DNA of 64,000 nt from Chloroflexota bacterium (GTDB taxonomy: Bacteria > Chloroflexota > Dormibacteria > Aeolococcales > Aeolococcaceae), in NCBI GenBank assembly GCA_005880985.1, contig VBIQ01000024.1, forward strand, positions 6,429 to 70,428, given 5' to 3'. This document shows, one piece after another, positions 1 through 8,777 of this stretch; positions within the stretch are counted from its first letter, which is position 1, and each line of letters begins with the position of its first letter. A program made the position numbers and the translations under genes. The notes beneath the pieces were generated by a model that saw only the letters and a program-made list of their open reading frames with translations, did no database searches and was not told where the DNA came from.

Positions 1-143
1 ACCTCGCGGTGCAGCACCCAGGGCCGCGCCCAGGTGAAGACGAGGGACTGGCAGGCCTCGCAAAACGTCCGTTCAGCCTGCCGGCGCTGCGCCTGGCGAT
101 CGACGAAGCGGTAGACGGCGCAATCCCATGAGGGCTTGGACAT
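1..143 (-). CDS. partial CDS (N-terminal ~47 aa only; gene continues beyond window start), Cys-containing hypothetical protein
   Basis: Reverse complement of 1-143 reads ATG... MSKPSWDCAVYRFVDRQAQRRQAERTFCEACQSLVFTWARPWVLHREV with no stop before the window edge. It lies downstream of tadC on the same strand. Confidence 0.25.
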   Translation of the reverse strand, partial: MSKPSWDCAVYRFVDRQAQRRQAERTFCEACQSLVFTWARPWVLHRE

Positions 144-284
144 CGGACGTCCTCCGCATCGCCGCACCGCTCACGGCGAGCGTGTCAGCGTGCATTGATA
201 GAAACGTCGCTGGCAGCCCGCAACCTGCGCGCTTGGGAAAGGGGGTGTTTCCTGCGTATCGGGGTCGACCCGACCGCGGTCAGG

Positions 285-580
285 TCAGAGGGAGCAGGAC
301 TGCTCCATCAGGGCGGGGAGCTTGCCGGCCCACTGACCGGCGGGGATCACCTGGTGCCCGGCTCCAACGTGGACCGGCTCGTCGAGCACCCCGATGGCAC
401 CCGTAACGGGATCGAAGCAGTGGGCGAAGCGCACCCTGCCACCGACCCGGACCGCGTGCAGCGTGACCAGCAGCTGCCGCATCATCCCCGCGACCTCCTC
501 GCCCGCCATCCTGCCCCAACATGCGCCCGGCGCCGCGCGGCGGCAAGGTCGAAACCGGTAAAGAATTCGACCCAGTTGCA
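285..580 (-). CDS. hypothetical small protein downstream of tadC (possible spurious GC-frame ORF)
   Basis: In-frame ATG sub-ORF of track ORF 285..947(-) (MQLGRILYRF...QSCSL). Same strand as the tad operon, no recognisable domain, no TM segment. Confidence 0.15.
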
Positions 581-586
581 TAGACC

Positions 587-1528
587 TCACCATGGCCCGC
601 CGCCGGCCAGCAGACCGCCGACTAGGAGGACGGCGAGGGCCAGCAGACAGCTGGGGGCGATGAGCAGCGCGGTGACCAATGCCGCCATCGGTGCCCGGGT
701 CGCGGAGCGCTCCTGAAGGGCCACCTCTCGCTGCAGGCGGGCGTCGTCGGCGAGACGCCGGAGCGGGACGGGCAGCTCCAGCCCGAGGGCGTGATGGCGG
801 CGGAGCAGCGCGGCGATGGCGGTGAGCTGGGGGACGCCGCCGGCGGTCGCCTCGGCCTCGAATGCCTGCGCCGGCGGGCTGCCGACGCGGACGCGCGCCG
901 CGACGCGCGCCAGCGAGCCATCGAGAGCGCCCCCGTGCCCGGCGCATCGCGATACCGCCGCCTCCAGCGGCAGCCCCGCCTCCAGCGCCGCCGCGAGCAG
1001 GTCGAGGCAGGCGGGGAGCGCGGCCGCAACCCGGCTGCGCTGCCGCCGCGCGCGGTGGGCGAGGAGCAGGTCGGGTAGCATCGCGGCCACCGCAGCGACG
1101 CCGCAGCCGGCGATCGCGCCCGCGACGCCACCGGACGCGGCGGCGAGCACCGCGGCGATCGCGCCCGCCCCGAGGGCCACTACGCGTGCGCCTGCCAGCA
1201 GCTCCATCCCGTCGCCGCTCCGGGTCGCCGATATGACCCCGTTGACGATCAACGTGGTGCGAAGCAGGGATGGAATCAGGTGGTCAGGCGGGGTGCGCCG
1301 CAGCCATGGGACGGTGGATGTCCGCTGGCCGATGACCGCAACCGTTCGGAGCGCACATCGACGGAGCCGGTGCGCGTGGTGCTGCCACCGCGAGCCGGAT
1401 CGCATCCACGGTGCCGGAGTCTCCCCGTCGTCGGTGGCGTGGTTCGCCGGCAGGGCGGCGAGCATCAGCAGCCGGACCCCGGCCACGGCGACCACCACCC
1501 GCAGGCCGGTGACCGCGACCGCCGTCAC
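587..1528 (-). CDS. tadC: Flp pilus assembly inner-membrane platform protein TadC (T2SS-F domain)
   Basis: 313-aa polytopic membrane protein with Ala/Leu-rich helices. Its ATG overlaps the stop of the upstream T2SS-F gene. Position is third in the cpaF-tadB-tadC order. Confidence 0.65.
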   Translation of the reverse strand: MTAVAVTGLRVVVAVAGVRLLMLAALPANHATDDGETPAPWMRSGSRWQHHAHRLRRCALRTVAVIGQRTSTVPWLRRTPPDHLIPSLLRTTLIVNGVISATRSGDGMELLAGARVVALGAGAIAAVLAAASGGVAGAIAGCGVAAVAAMLPDLLLAHRARRQRSRVAAALPACLDLLAAALEAGLPLEAAVSRCAGHGGALDGSLARVAARVRVGSPPAQAFEAEATAGGVPQLTAIAALLRRHHALGLELPVPLRRLADDARLQREVALQERSATRAPMAALVTALLIAPSCLLALAVLLVGGLLAGGGPW

Positions 1529-2460
1529 CGGTGGTCGGTGACGGTCAGGCGCCGCACGATGAGCACTCCGATGGTCGCAACCAGAGCGCAGGCGGCGAGC
1601 AGCGTCGAACCCAGCGGGGTGAGCGCCGCCTGGAGCGTGGTGGGGGAGGAGGTCACCAGCGCAATCGCGACCAGCGCCGCCAGCGCGGGGACCGCGGCCG
1701 CGACCAGTCGCGCCTCGGCCATGCGGGCGCGCGCGCTGTCGGTGGCCTGCTGCTCGTCCTCCAGCGCGGTGGCCAACCGCCGCAGCGCCTGGCCGGTGCC
1801 AACGCCGGCCTCGGCCGCGATCGCGTAGGTCACGGCCAGGCGGTCGAGACCGTTCCCGCTCTGGGGACCGCGCCGTTCACCGTGGTCGGCAACCACCGAC
1901 GCGATCGCGTTGGCGAAGGCGAATCCTGCCGCCTCGCCGAGCGCGATGCGCGCCACGCCAATCGAGAGGATCTGCTGGGCCAGCGGATCCTCCCTGGCGA
2001 CGCCGTTGCCCACCGCGCCGGCGAGCGCGACCGCCGCGCCGCATCCGCCGGCAATCTCGGCGGCGATGGCTCGCGCCACCACCAGCGCAGCGCGCTCGAG
2101 GGCGTCGGCGCCACGACGCCGTCGCAGCCGGAGCAGCAGCCGGCCTCCGACTCGAACCAGCGACAGCGCCCCACCGGCCGCGGCGACGGCCGACCCGGTG
2201 ATCACCAGGATGGCGGCGGCGACCGGCAGGCTGGCGAGCAACTGGGCGCGCCGCCATCGACTCGGCGACAGCGAGATGCCCGCGCAGCGCAATCGCAGGG
2301 CGAGCCGCCGCGTGCGCGGCCGGCGGTCGTAGGCGGCGGCCGCGCGCCGGCTCGCCACCGCCGCTCGGCGAAACCCGGCGGTCCAGGGAACGCCGTCGAC
2401 CAGCGCGGTCAGCAGCAGGGCGCCCGCGAGCGCTCGGGCCAGCGGCTGCCATGTGCTCAC
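1525..2460 (-). CDS. tadB: Flp pilus assembly inner-membrane platform protein TadB (T2SS-F domain)
   Basis: This is the C-terminal ~312 aa of track ORF 1525..3129(-). It has TM helices at both ends (LLLTALVDGVPW..., ...VPALAALVAIALV...ACALVATIGVLIV). A GTG start ([13 protein letters not shown]...) overlaps the cpaF stop (GTGA). The longer 534-aa frame run-through overlaps cpaF and is rejected. Confidence 0.6.
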   Translation of the reverse strand: MSTWQPLARALAGALLLTALVDGVPWTAGFRRAAVASRRAAAAYDRRPRTRRLALRLRCAGISLSPSRWRRAQLLASLPVAAAILVITGSAVAAAGGALSLVRVGGRLLLRLRRRRGADALERAALVVARAIAAEIAGGCGAAVALAGAVGNGVAREDPLAQQILSIGVARIALGEAAGFAFANAIASVVADHGERRGPQSGNGLDRLAVTYAIAAEAGVGTGQALRRLATALEDEQQATDSARARMAEARLVAAAVPALAALVAIALVTSSPTTLQAALTPLGSTLLAACALVATIGVLIVRRLTVTDHR

Positions 2461-3713
2461 CGAGACTCTTCGGCCGTCGCGAACAGCCCGGGAGGGAAGT
2501 AGACGCCCCGACCGGCCATGCGCTCGAGCACTCGCCGCGGTACGTCGCCGCAGGGCCGAAAGCACGCCCCGCCGTCTTCCACTGTGCGCCGGAAGAGGGG
2601 TGTGATGATCGGTTGATGGTCGGCGGTCGTGTCCAGCGCCGCCACCACCGCCACCGCACGGTCGCCGGCGCTGCTTCGCTCGCAATGCACCAGCAGGTCG
2701 AGCGCCGACAGAACCGGGGTGCGGAGCGCGTGCGCGGGCTGCGCCGGCCATGCCTGCAGGAGCAGGTCGTCGAGCCGCGCCAGTGCGTCGGCGGGACCGT
2801 TGGCGTGAAGGGTGGTCATCGAACCGGCGTGGCCGGTGTTCATCGCGGTGACCATGTCGGCCGCCTCCGGCCCGCGAACCTCTCCGATCACGAGGCGGTC
2901 GGGTCGCATCCGCAGGCTGTTGCGCACCAGGTGACGGAGGGTGACCTCGGCGGTGCCCCCGGGACGCGGTGGCCGGCACTCCTGCCGCACCAGGTGGGCA
3001 TGGTCGATGGCCAGCTCGGCGACGTCCTCGAGGACGATGATCCGCTCGCCGCCAGGCACCAGCGCGCACAGTGCCGCGAGCAGGGTGGTCTTGCCGGTGC
3101 CGGCGCCACCACTGATGAGCAGGTTGCATCGCCCCAGCACCGCGGCGTGCAGGAAGGCCGCCATCTCCGCGCTGAGCGCCTGCGACTCCACCAGCGAGCC
3201 CAGATCGAGACGGCGGCAGGCGGGACGCCGGATGGTCAGCACCGGGCCGTCGACGGCGATGGGCGGCAGCACCGCGTTGAGCCTGCTGCCGTCGGGAAGT
3301 CGCGCGTCCACCATCGGCGCACCGTCGTCGAGACGGCGGCCCGAGGCGAGAAGGAGACGTTCGATCACGGCGCGCACCTGGGCGCTGTCCTGGAAACGCA
3401 CGCCGGTCCGCTGGAGCCGTCCGTCGATCTCGACGAAGACGGCATCGGGGCCGTTGACCATGACCTCGGTGATCGACGCGTCGGTGAGCACCTCCTGGAG
3501 CGGTCCGTATCCGGTGAGCTCGTCGACCATCAACCGCAGCAGACGGTCACGCGGAGGACCCGCGGCGACGCCGTCGGCGCTCAGCCAGCTCTCGACCAGG
3601 ACGGTCACCGCCAGTGGTCGCTGTTCGTCGCCAAGCGGTCCCAACTCACCGTCGAGACCGACCAATCGCTCGCGATACCTCGGGAGCAGGGTGGAGAGAT
3701 CGTCGGCGGTCAC
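2457..3713 (-). CDS. cpaF: CpaF/TadA-family type II/IV secretion ATPase (Flp pilus assembly)
   Basis: Walker [14 protein letters not shown], Walker B/Asp box [11 protein letters not shown], the [15 protein letters not shown] motif and the His box [15 protein letters not shown] are all present. It sits between cpaB and tadB. Confidence 0.9.
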   Translation of the reverse strand: MTADDLSTLLPRYRERLVGLDGELGPLGDEQRPLAVTVLVESWLSADGVAAGPPRDRLLRLMVDELTGYGPLQEVLTDASITEVMVNGPDAVFVEIDGRLQRTGVRFQDSAQVRAVIERLLLASGRRLDDGAPMVDARLPDGSRLNAVLPPIAVDGPVLTIRRPACRRLDLGSLVESQALSAEMAAFLHAAVLGRCNLLISGGAGTGKTTLLAALCALVPGGERIIVLEDVAELAIDHAHLVRQECRPPRPGGTAEVTLRHLVRNSLRMRPDRLVIGEVRGPEAADMVTAMNTGHAGSMTTLHANGPADALARLDDLLLQAWPAQPAHALRTPVLSALDLLVHCERSSAGDRAVAVVAALDTTADHQPIITPLFRRTVEDGGACFRPCGDVPRRVLERMAGRGVYFPPGLFATAEESR

Positions 3714-4393
3714 GAGCCGCCGCCACTGGCTGGGGGGTGCTCGCTCTCGGGAAGCAGCAGGACGCGGAGCGACTTCGCCGTTCCCTCGGCCGCCATGATG
3801 CGCAGCGCGGCGTCCCGCTCGACCTCCAGCCAGACGGTGGCCGTGTCCGATGGGGCGGTCGGGGCGCCGCCACCGCCGGCACCCGTGCTCGTCGAGCCCG
3901 GTTCAGCGGGGATGACGGCAACGACACGACCGGTGGCAACGGTTCGCGCGGAGACCGCCGCTGTCGGTGCGCCAGGCTCGCCCGCGGCGTCGATCTCGAC
4001 GTCGACACCGGCGAAGACGAAGCTGCCCACGTCGCGGCGTGCGACGCCGAGGGAGATCAGCCGGTGACCGGTGGCCAGAGGCACCGCGGGTGCCAGGGCG
4101 GCGGTGGGGATGCCGGAATCGGCTGGTAGCGCCACCAGCAGACGCCGTCCCTCGACGGCGCGGACGTCGTGAGCGAAGCCGTCCAGCAGGGGAGAGGCCG
4201 GCTGCCGTTTGAGGGCGACGTCGTCGGCGGCCAGGCGACTCAACGCCGGCAACGCGCGGGTGCTGACAACGACGGCGACCTCGGTCCCGGAGACCGCATC
4301 CGGACGGCTGCCCCCGCCGGCGGCGACCAGCAGCAGAGCCGCGCCGCAGGCCCCGACCGCCAGCGTTCGAAGCAGGCGGCGGGAGATGCTCAT
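3710..4393 (-). CDS. cpaB: Flp pilus assembly protein CpaB/RcpC-like (N-terminal TM anchor plus SAF-like domain)
   Basis: 227 aa with an N-terminal signal-anchor (LLRTLAVGACGAALLLVAAGG) and a beta-rich periplasmic region. Its start overlaps the cpaF stop by 4 nt, and it is first in the tad operon order. Confidence 0.6.
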   Translation of the reverse strand: MSISRRLLRTLAVGACGAALLLVAAGGGSRPDAVSGTEVAVVVSTRALPALSRLAADDVALKRQPASPLLDGFAHDVRAVEGRRLLVALPADSGIPTAALAPAVPLATGHRLISLGVARRDVGSFVFAGVDVEIDAAGEPGAPTAAVSARTVATGRVVAVIPAEPGSTSTGAGGGGAPTAPSDTATVWLEVERDAALRIMAAEGTAKSLRVLLLPESEHPPASGGGS

Positions 4394-4515
4394 GCCGAGG
4401 AGCGAGCTACCACAAATCCGGATAGTTACACAGATCAGTGGTGGTCGTCAAACGAAGCGGACCCGTAGCGGAGAGGTGGCGGAGGGCCCGGGGTAGAATT
4501 CGGCGCCTGCCGCTG

Positions 4516-4603
4516 GCCGAGGTGGTGGAATTAGGTAGACACGCTGCTTTGAGGGGGCAGTGAGCGCAAGCTCGTAGGGGTTCGAGTCCCCTCCTCGGCA
4601 CCA
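4516..4603 (+). tRNA. tRNA-Leu (anticodon GAG), class II with long variable arm, CCA encoded
   Basis: Acceptor stem GCCGAGG pairs with CCTCGGC, followed by discriminator A and CCA at 4601-4603. D-stem GTG/CAC with a long D-loop. Anticodon stem CTGCT/GGCAG with loop TTGAGGG (anticodon GAG). Variable-arm hairpin GAGC-GCAA-GCTC. T-arm GGGGTTCGAGTCCCC. Confidence 0.85.
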
Positions 4604-4736
4604 TGCAGCCCGCGGCACCTGGTCGACATGGCGCCGGCATCGCTCCCGTGCTTGCTTCGAGACTCGGCGCCTCCAGATCGCTTCGCATTCCGAACCTGAG
4701 ATCCCGTGTCTTACCGATCATGCTACCATCAGTAGG

Positions 4737-4988
4737 ATGCCAAGAGTAAAAGTCAGCCTCTCGCTTGATCCTCTTCTGATTCGCGACGTCGACGCCTATG
4801 TCGAGATGCATGAAGACTCTGATCGCAGCAAGGTCGTGGACGAGGCGTTGCAACTCTGGTCGGCTGCGCAGCAACGCTCAGCGATGGAGCTCCAGTTTGC
4901 GGATGAAGGTGAGGCGGATCCGGCGGAGCTGGATGACTGGCGCAAGGTGCGTCGTGGGTCGGCACGTCGCCGTCTGGGTCGCATCTGA
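4737..4988 (+). CDS. ribbon-helix-helix (CopG/MazE-like) antitoxin
   Basis: 83 aa. The N-terminal beta-strand plus two helices pattern (VKVSLSLDPLLIRDVDAYVE...SDRSKVVDEALQLW) is followed by an acidic C-terminal tail. It lies immediately upstream of a MazF-like ORF. Confidence 0.7.
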   Translation: MPRVKVSLSLDPLLIRDVDAYVEMHEDSDRSKVVDEALQLWSAAQQRSAMELQFADEGEADPAELDDWRKVRRGSARRRLGRI

Positions 4989-5362
4989 CTCGGCGAACCG
5001 CTCGGCGCGCGCTCCCTCGTCGGGGCGAGATCTGGTACGTCTACACGCCTGGCCAGCCCGATGATCCACACCAACCTCGGCCAGCGCTTGTCGTCTCGGA
5101 GAATGTTCGCAACACGATGCGCGACGACCTCATCGTGGTACCGATGTTCTCGCGCGGGCGGGCTGGGCCAACGCGCGTTTCCATTCCCGCAGGAACAGGC
5201 AGTGTTCCTGCGGACAGCATCGTCTTCTGCGAAGAGATCACCACCATCGACCGCGATTTCTTGGCGAGGGGCCCGATCGGACCGCCGCTCGATAGGCATC
5301 GCATGGACGAGATCGTCCGAGCGATACGCAGAGCCATCGGAGAAGTGGTGCCTGAGCCTTAG
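4985..5362 (+). CDS. MazF/PemK-family endoribonuclease toxin with non-canonical (CTG) start
   Basis: The frame reads ...LPRRGEIWYVYTPGQPDDPHQPRPALVVSENVRNTMRDDLIVVPMFSRG...IVFCEEITTIDRDFL, matching the MazF/PemK N-terminal RGxIW motif and the RPALVVS and VVPxTS motifs. Between the in-frame stop at 4934 and the conserved motif there is no ATG, GTG or TTG. A CTG at 4985 forms a CTGA overlap with the antitoxin stop. The track shows only the downstream fragment 5117..5362. Confidence 0.6.
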   Translation: MTRRTARRALPRRGEIWYVYTPGQPDDPHQPRPALVVSENVRNTMRDDLIVVPMFSRGRAGPTRVSIPAGTGSVPADSIVFCEEITTIDRDFLARGPIGPPLDRHRMDEIVRAIRRAIGEVVPEP

Positions 5363-5428
5363 CAGGGTGGGTGAAAGCAGAGCGCTCAAGCGAGCCAGTG
5401 TGAACCGTCCCGTGCAATCTCGGCATCC

Positions 5429-6232
5429 GTGGGAGGCAATCGTGAATCGGACGACGCGGCTGGCTGCCCGCTCCGCCCGACACCTCCACGGCGCGACGGC
5501 GTCGTGAATTGCGCGCCGGCGGATTCCAACGCCTTCGCGCGCCGACTGTTCTCGGGACTGCCGCGCCGCTACGACGCGCTCGCCGAGCTGTTGTCCTTCG
5601 GCCAGAACCGCCGCTGGCGCTCCGAGATGGTCGACCACGTGAGTGCGCAACCGGGAGGTGTCATCCTCGACGTCGCCACCGGCACCGCCGGTGTGGCCAT
5701 CCGCGTGGCGGAGCGGACGGGAGCCCGGGTGGTGGGGACCGATCTCACCGAGACCATGGTGCGTCAGGGCGCAATCAACCTACGGCGGCATCGGCTCACC
5801 GACCAGGTGCACCTGTTGGTCGGCCGTGCCGAGCAACTCCCCTTTGCCGACGGGACGTTCGATGCCCTGACCTTCACCTACCTGCTGCGCTACGTCGCCG
5901 ACCCGGCGGCGACCCTGCGCGAGATGGCGCGGGTCGTCAGGCCCGGCGGTACGGTCGCCAGCCTCGAGTTCATGGTGCCACCACGACGGGCGTGGCGCGC
6001 CCTGTGGTGGGTGTACACCAGGTTCGTGCTTCCCGCGGCCGGGCGCGTGTTCGGGCGGGAGTGGTATGAGGTCGGCCGCTTCCTCGGACCCAGTATCTCC
6101 GCGTTCTACCGTCGCCACCCGGTGCGCTCGGTCGTCGCCGCATGGCAGGACGCGGGGTTGACCAGGGTGGGGGTGCGCACCATGAGCCTCGGCGGTGGGC
6201 TCGTGATGTGGGGGCAGAAGGGTGACGACTGA
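5429..6232 (+). CDS. menG: UbiE/MenG-family SAM-dependent (demethyl)menaquinone methyltransferase
   Basis: The family N-terminal motif YDALAELLSFGQNRRWRSEMVDHV (YDxMNDxMSxGxHRxWK-like) and the SAM motif ILDVATGTAGVAI are present, with the acidic loop FADGTFDALTFTYLLRYV. The true start may be downstream of 5429. Confidence 0.7.
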   Translation: MGGNRESDDAAGCPLRPTPPRRDGVVNCAPADSNAFARRLFSGLPRRYDALAELLSFGQNRRWRSEMVDHVSAQPGGVILDVATGTAGVAIRVAERTGARVVGTDLTETMVRQGAINLRRHRLTDQVHLLVGRAEQLPFADGTFDALTFTYLLRYVADPAATLREMARVVRPGGTVASLEFMVPPRRAWRALWWVYTRFVLPAAGRVFGREWYEVGRFLGPSISAFYRRHPVRSVVAAWQDAGLTRVGVRTMSLGGGLVMWGQKGDD

Positions 6233-6959
6233 GGCGGGCATCCGGCCGGCCTGGTACGCCTCGCACCGCGGCGGGCTGTCGCAGTGGTGGACCGTCCTGC
6301 ACCCGCCGTACACGGTCTGGCACCTCTCTTACGTCGTGCTCGGGGCCTCCCTCGCCGCACAGCTCGACGTGATTCGGCTGCTGGCAACCCTGATCGCCTT
6401 CACCCTCGCTGTCGGAATCGCTGCCCACGCGCTCGACGAGCTGCACGGGCGTCCGCTTCATACGACCCTGCCCTCACCGGCGCTGCTGCTGGTGTCGCTC
6501 AGCGCTCTGGCGGGCGCCGTCACTCTCGGGTTCGTCGGCCTGAGCCGGATCGGACCGGCTCTGCTCGTCTTCATCGTTGTCGGAGTTGTCCTGGTGTTTG
6601 GCTACAACCTCGAGCTGCTCGGAGGCGTCCTCCACAATGCCAGCGGCTTCGCGCTCGCCTGGGGAGCCTTTCCCGTCCTCACCGGCTACTTCGCCCAAAC
6701 CGGTCGGTTGTCGCCGGCGTCGGGGCTCGCCGCCGCCGCGGCCTACGGTCTCTCCCTGGTCCAGCGGTCACTCAGCGTTCCCGCGCGGCGACTCCGACGC
6801 CGCGTCATCGGCGTCGGTGGTTCCCTCTCGCTGGATGACGGATCAGTGGAGTCCCTCGACCGCGCCAACCTGCTGGCACCGCTCGAGACGTCGTTGCAGA
6901 TCCTGTCATGGACCACAGTGGTCCTCGCTGCCGGGGTCGCCGCGAGCCACCTCGGCTGA
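6222..6959 (+). CDS. polytopic integral membrane protein (possible UbiA-like prenyltransferase relative)
   Basis: 245 aa with about 7 predicted TM helices, including an AHALDELHGRPL segment. It overlaps the menG stop. No firm family assignment. Confidence 0.45.
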   Translation: MTTEAGIRPAWYASHRGGLSQWWTVLHPPYTVWHLSYVVLGASLAAQLDVIRLLATLIAFTLAVGIAAHALDELHGRPLHTTLPSPALLLVSLSALAGAVTLGFVGLSRIGPALLVFIVVGVVLVFGYNLELLGGVLHNASGFALAWGAFPVLTGYFAQTGRLSPASGLAAAAAYGLSLVQRSLSVPARRLRRRVIGVGGSLSLDDGSVESLDRANLLAPLETSLQILSWTTVVLAAGVAASHLG

Positions 6960-7015
6960 ACGCGTGGCTTGCTCGGCGAGAGGAGTGACGTCGGTGTCAA
7001 GCCCTCTGAGGCGGG

Positions 7016-7306
7016 TCAGCCCGCCTGGGCCCCCGCCTCTCGAAACTCGAGCCACATGAAGCCGGGCAGGGCGAGCCGAAGATGCCCTCCCCCCTGGACC
7101 AGGACCAACAGCACGCTCGCGCACGCGCTGCAGCGGAGGACCGCGCCGGGCGACTGGGGATACATATAGAGGTGCTGCGCGCCCACCTCGGCGACCGCGC
7201 CGCAGGAGGCACAGGCGCCCCGCGCGCTGGTCAGCTCGTGGACGAACACCTCCTGGAGGAGGCCGGCGGCCGCGTTGCCATCGAGCCGCAGCTGTGTCTC
7301 GTCCAT
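7016..7306 (-). CDS. small zinc-ribbon protein, DUF6510-like
   Basis: About 96 aa from internal Met10 of ORF 7016..7333(-), with two CxxC pairs (CASCG ... CSAC). It lies 7 nt downstream of the FAD/NAD oxidoreductase stop. The trio of Mo-oxidoreductase, FNR-like protein and small Cys protein is recurrent in actinomycetes. Confidence 0.4.
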   Translation of the reverse strand: MDETQLRLDGNAAAGLLQEVFVHELTSARGACASCGAVAEVGAQHLYMYPQSPGAVLRCSACASVLLVLVQGGGHLRLALPGFMWLEFREAGAQAG

Positions 7307-7313
7307 CGCCTTC

Positions 7314-8069
7314 TCAGCCTCCGGTGGGTCCAAATCTCTCGGTCTTGATCCGGCCCGGCTCGTGGCCGAGCTGCACGAGCGCCGTCGCCACCGACTCGAC
7401 CAGCGGCGTGGGGCCGCAGACGAAGACCAACGGGTGAAGATCGGGTGGCCAGGTGACCTCGGCGAGCATGTCCTGGTCGATGCGCCGGCGGTATCCCGGC
7501 CACTCCGGGGGCTGGACCCGGGTCAGCGTGTGAAACACCTCCAGGCCTTTCCCCGTCGCCATGAGCCGGTGGAGCTCATCGCGGTAGATCACGTCCTCGA
7601 GCGAACGTGACGAGTAGAGGAGTCGCGTCGGAACCGCACTGCCGCGGGCGGCGCGGTGGCGGAGCATGGCCATCAACGGGCAGATGCCCGAACCGCCGGC
7701 GATCAGCAGCAGCGGACCGCCCATGCCGACGTCCCAGACGAAGTAGCCTCCGATCGGTCCGCGGAGCTCCAGAGTGTCGCCCACGCGAAGCTCGCCGACC
7801 AGGTAGGGGGAGACCTCGCCGTCGTCGAGGCGCTCCACCGTCAGCGCCAGCCGCTCCGGGGTGTCGGGCGCGGAGGCGATCGAGTAGCTCCGCTGCGCCT
7901 GGTAGCCGTCGTCGGCGGTCAGCCGCACATCGACGTGCTGACCGGCCCGGTGCCCCGGCCAGCCGGCCACTCCCAAGACCACACTGCGGACTCGCGGGGT
8001 CTCGTCGATGAGCTCGGCGACCTCGCCGAGACGCCAGCTCAGTCGCCGCTGTACCGCTGCTCGCGCCAC
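7314..8069 (-). CDS. FAD/NAD(P)-binding oxidoreductase (ferredoxin-NADP reductase-like)
   Basis: The FAD-binding motif RSYSIAS is present, with GPIGGYF, the NAD-binding stretch LLLIAGGSGICPLMAM and a C-terminal VFVCGP. The start is set at the GTG (Val131 of track ORF 7314..8459). The upstream part of that ORF overlaps the Mo-domain gene and is rejected. Confidence 0.65.
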   Translation of the reverse strand: MARAAVQRRLSWRLGEVAELIDETPRVRSVVLGVAGWPGHRAGQHVDVRLTADDGYQAQRSYSIASAPDTPERLALTVERLDDGEVSPYLVGELRVGDTLELRGPIGGYFVWDVGMGGPLLLIAGGSGICPLMAMLRHRAARGSAVPTRLLYSSRSLEDVIYRDELHRLMATGKGLEVFHTLTRVQPPEWPGYRRRIDQDMLAEVTWPPDLHPLVFVCGPTPLVESVATALVQLGHEPGRIKTERFGPTGG

Positions 8070-8644
8070 GGATCGCCGTACATGTGGTAGCCGTAGGTCT
8101 CCCAGAAGCCGGGCGAATCGTCCTTCATCAGCTGCAGCCCACGCACCCATTTGGCGCTCTTCCAGAAATAGAGGTGGGGGACCAGCAGGCGGGCCGGCCC
8201 GCCATGCTCGGGCTCGAGCGGCTGCCCGTCGTAGGCGAAGGCGACCCACGCCTTGCCACCACTGAGATCCTCGAGCGGCAGGTTGGTGGTGTATCCACCA
8301 TCGCAGAACGCCATCACATAGTCCGCGGCGGTCTCCACGCCGGCGAGAAGCGTGTCCACCGACACCCCCTCCCACGTCGTGTCGAGCTTGGACCACTTCG
8401 TCACGCAGTGGATGTCGCGGGTGATCGTCTCGCTCGGCAGAGCGCGAAATTGTTCCCACGTCCAGCTCTTCGGCTCATCCACCTCGCCGGTGATCGAGAA
8501 CGTCCACTCGGCCAGCGGGGTACGCGGCGTGGGGCCCGCCGACAGCACCGGGAAGCCACGCACCAGGTACTGGCCCGGCGGGAGACGTCCCCGCGTGTCG
8601 GCGTCCCGCCGCCGTCCCTTGAAGCCACGAGAGAACACCGACAT
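8039..8644 (-). CDS. sulfite-oxidase-like molybdopterin-binding oxidoreductase domain protein
   Basis: 201 aa with WTFSITGEV...WTWEQFRALP...DIHCVTKWSKLDTTWEGV...WVAFAYDGQPLEPEHGGPARLLVP...FWKSAKWV. These are typical Oxidored_molyb (SO family) motifs, including the Mo-ligand Cys in HCVT. Confidence 0.8.
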   Translation of the reverse strand: MSVFSRGFKGRRRDADTRGRLPPGQYLVRGFPVLSAGPTPRTPLAEWTFSITGEVDEPKSWTWEQFRALPSETITRDIHCVTKWSKLDTTWEGVSVDTLLAGVETAADYVMAFCDGGYTTNLPLEDLSGGKAWVAFAYDGQPLEPEHGGPARLLVPHLYFWKSAKWVRGLQLMKDDSPGFWETYGYHMYGDPWREQRYSGD

Positions 8645-8777
8645 GCGAGCGCCTCACAGCCTGGCCGACGCCACGAGAAGAGTATGCGTCGTGGAAGCCC
8701 CCGGTTGAGGTCATTGGGCACTGCCTCCGCGACCTTCCGGTTTGCACGAGCACGCGGTCGGGCTTACCGTGTAGATC

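Noticed and set aside
1525-3129. 534-aa minus ORF as a single large TadB
   Set aside because: Its upstream two-thirds overlap cpaF in another frame and are Arg/Gly-rich. TadB proteins are ~300 aa, and a GTG at 2460 gives the expected size and a GTGA coupling to cpaF.
4407-4874. 155-aa minus-strand ORF spanning the tRNA-Leu gene
   Set aside because: It overlaps a well-formed tRNA with perfect acceptor stem and CCA, has no protein features, and is judged spurious.
4516-6959. Genomic island inserted at tRNA-Leu
   Set aside because: A TA module next to a tRNA is suggestive, but the following genes (menG-like methyltransferase, Mo-oxidoreductase) look like core metabolism. GC content is uniform and I could not identify a direct repeat of the tRNA 3' end by eye.
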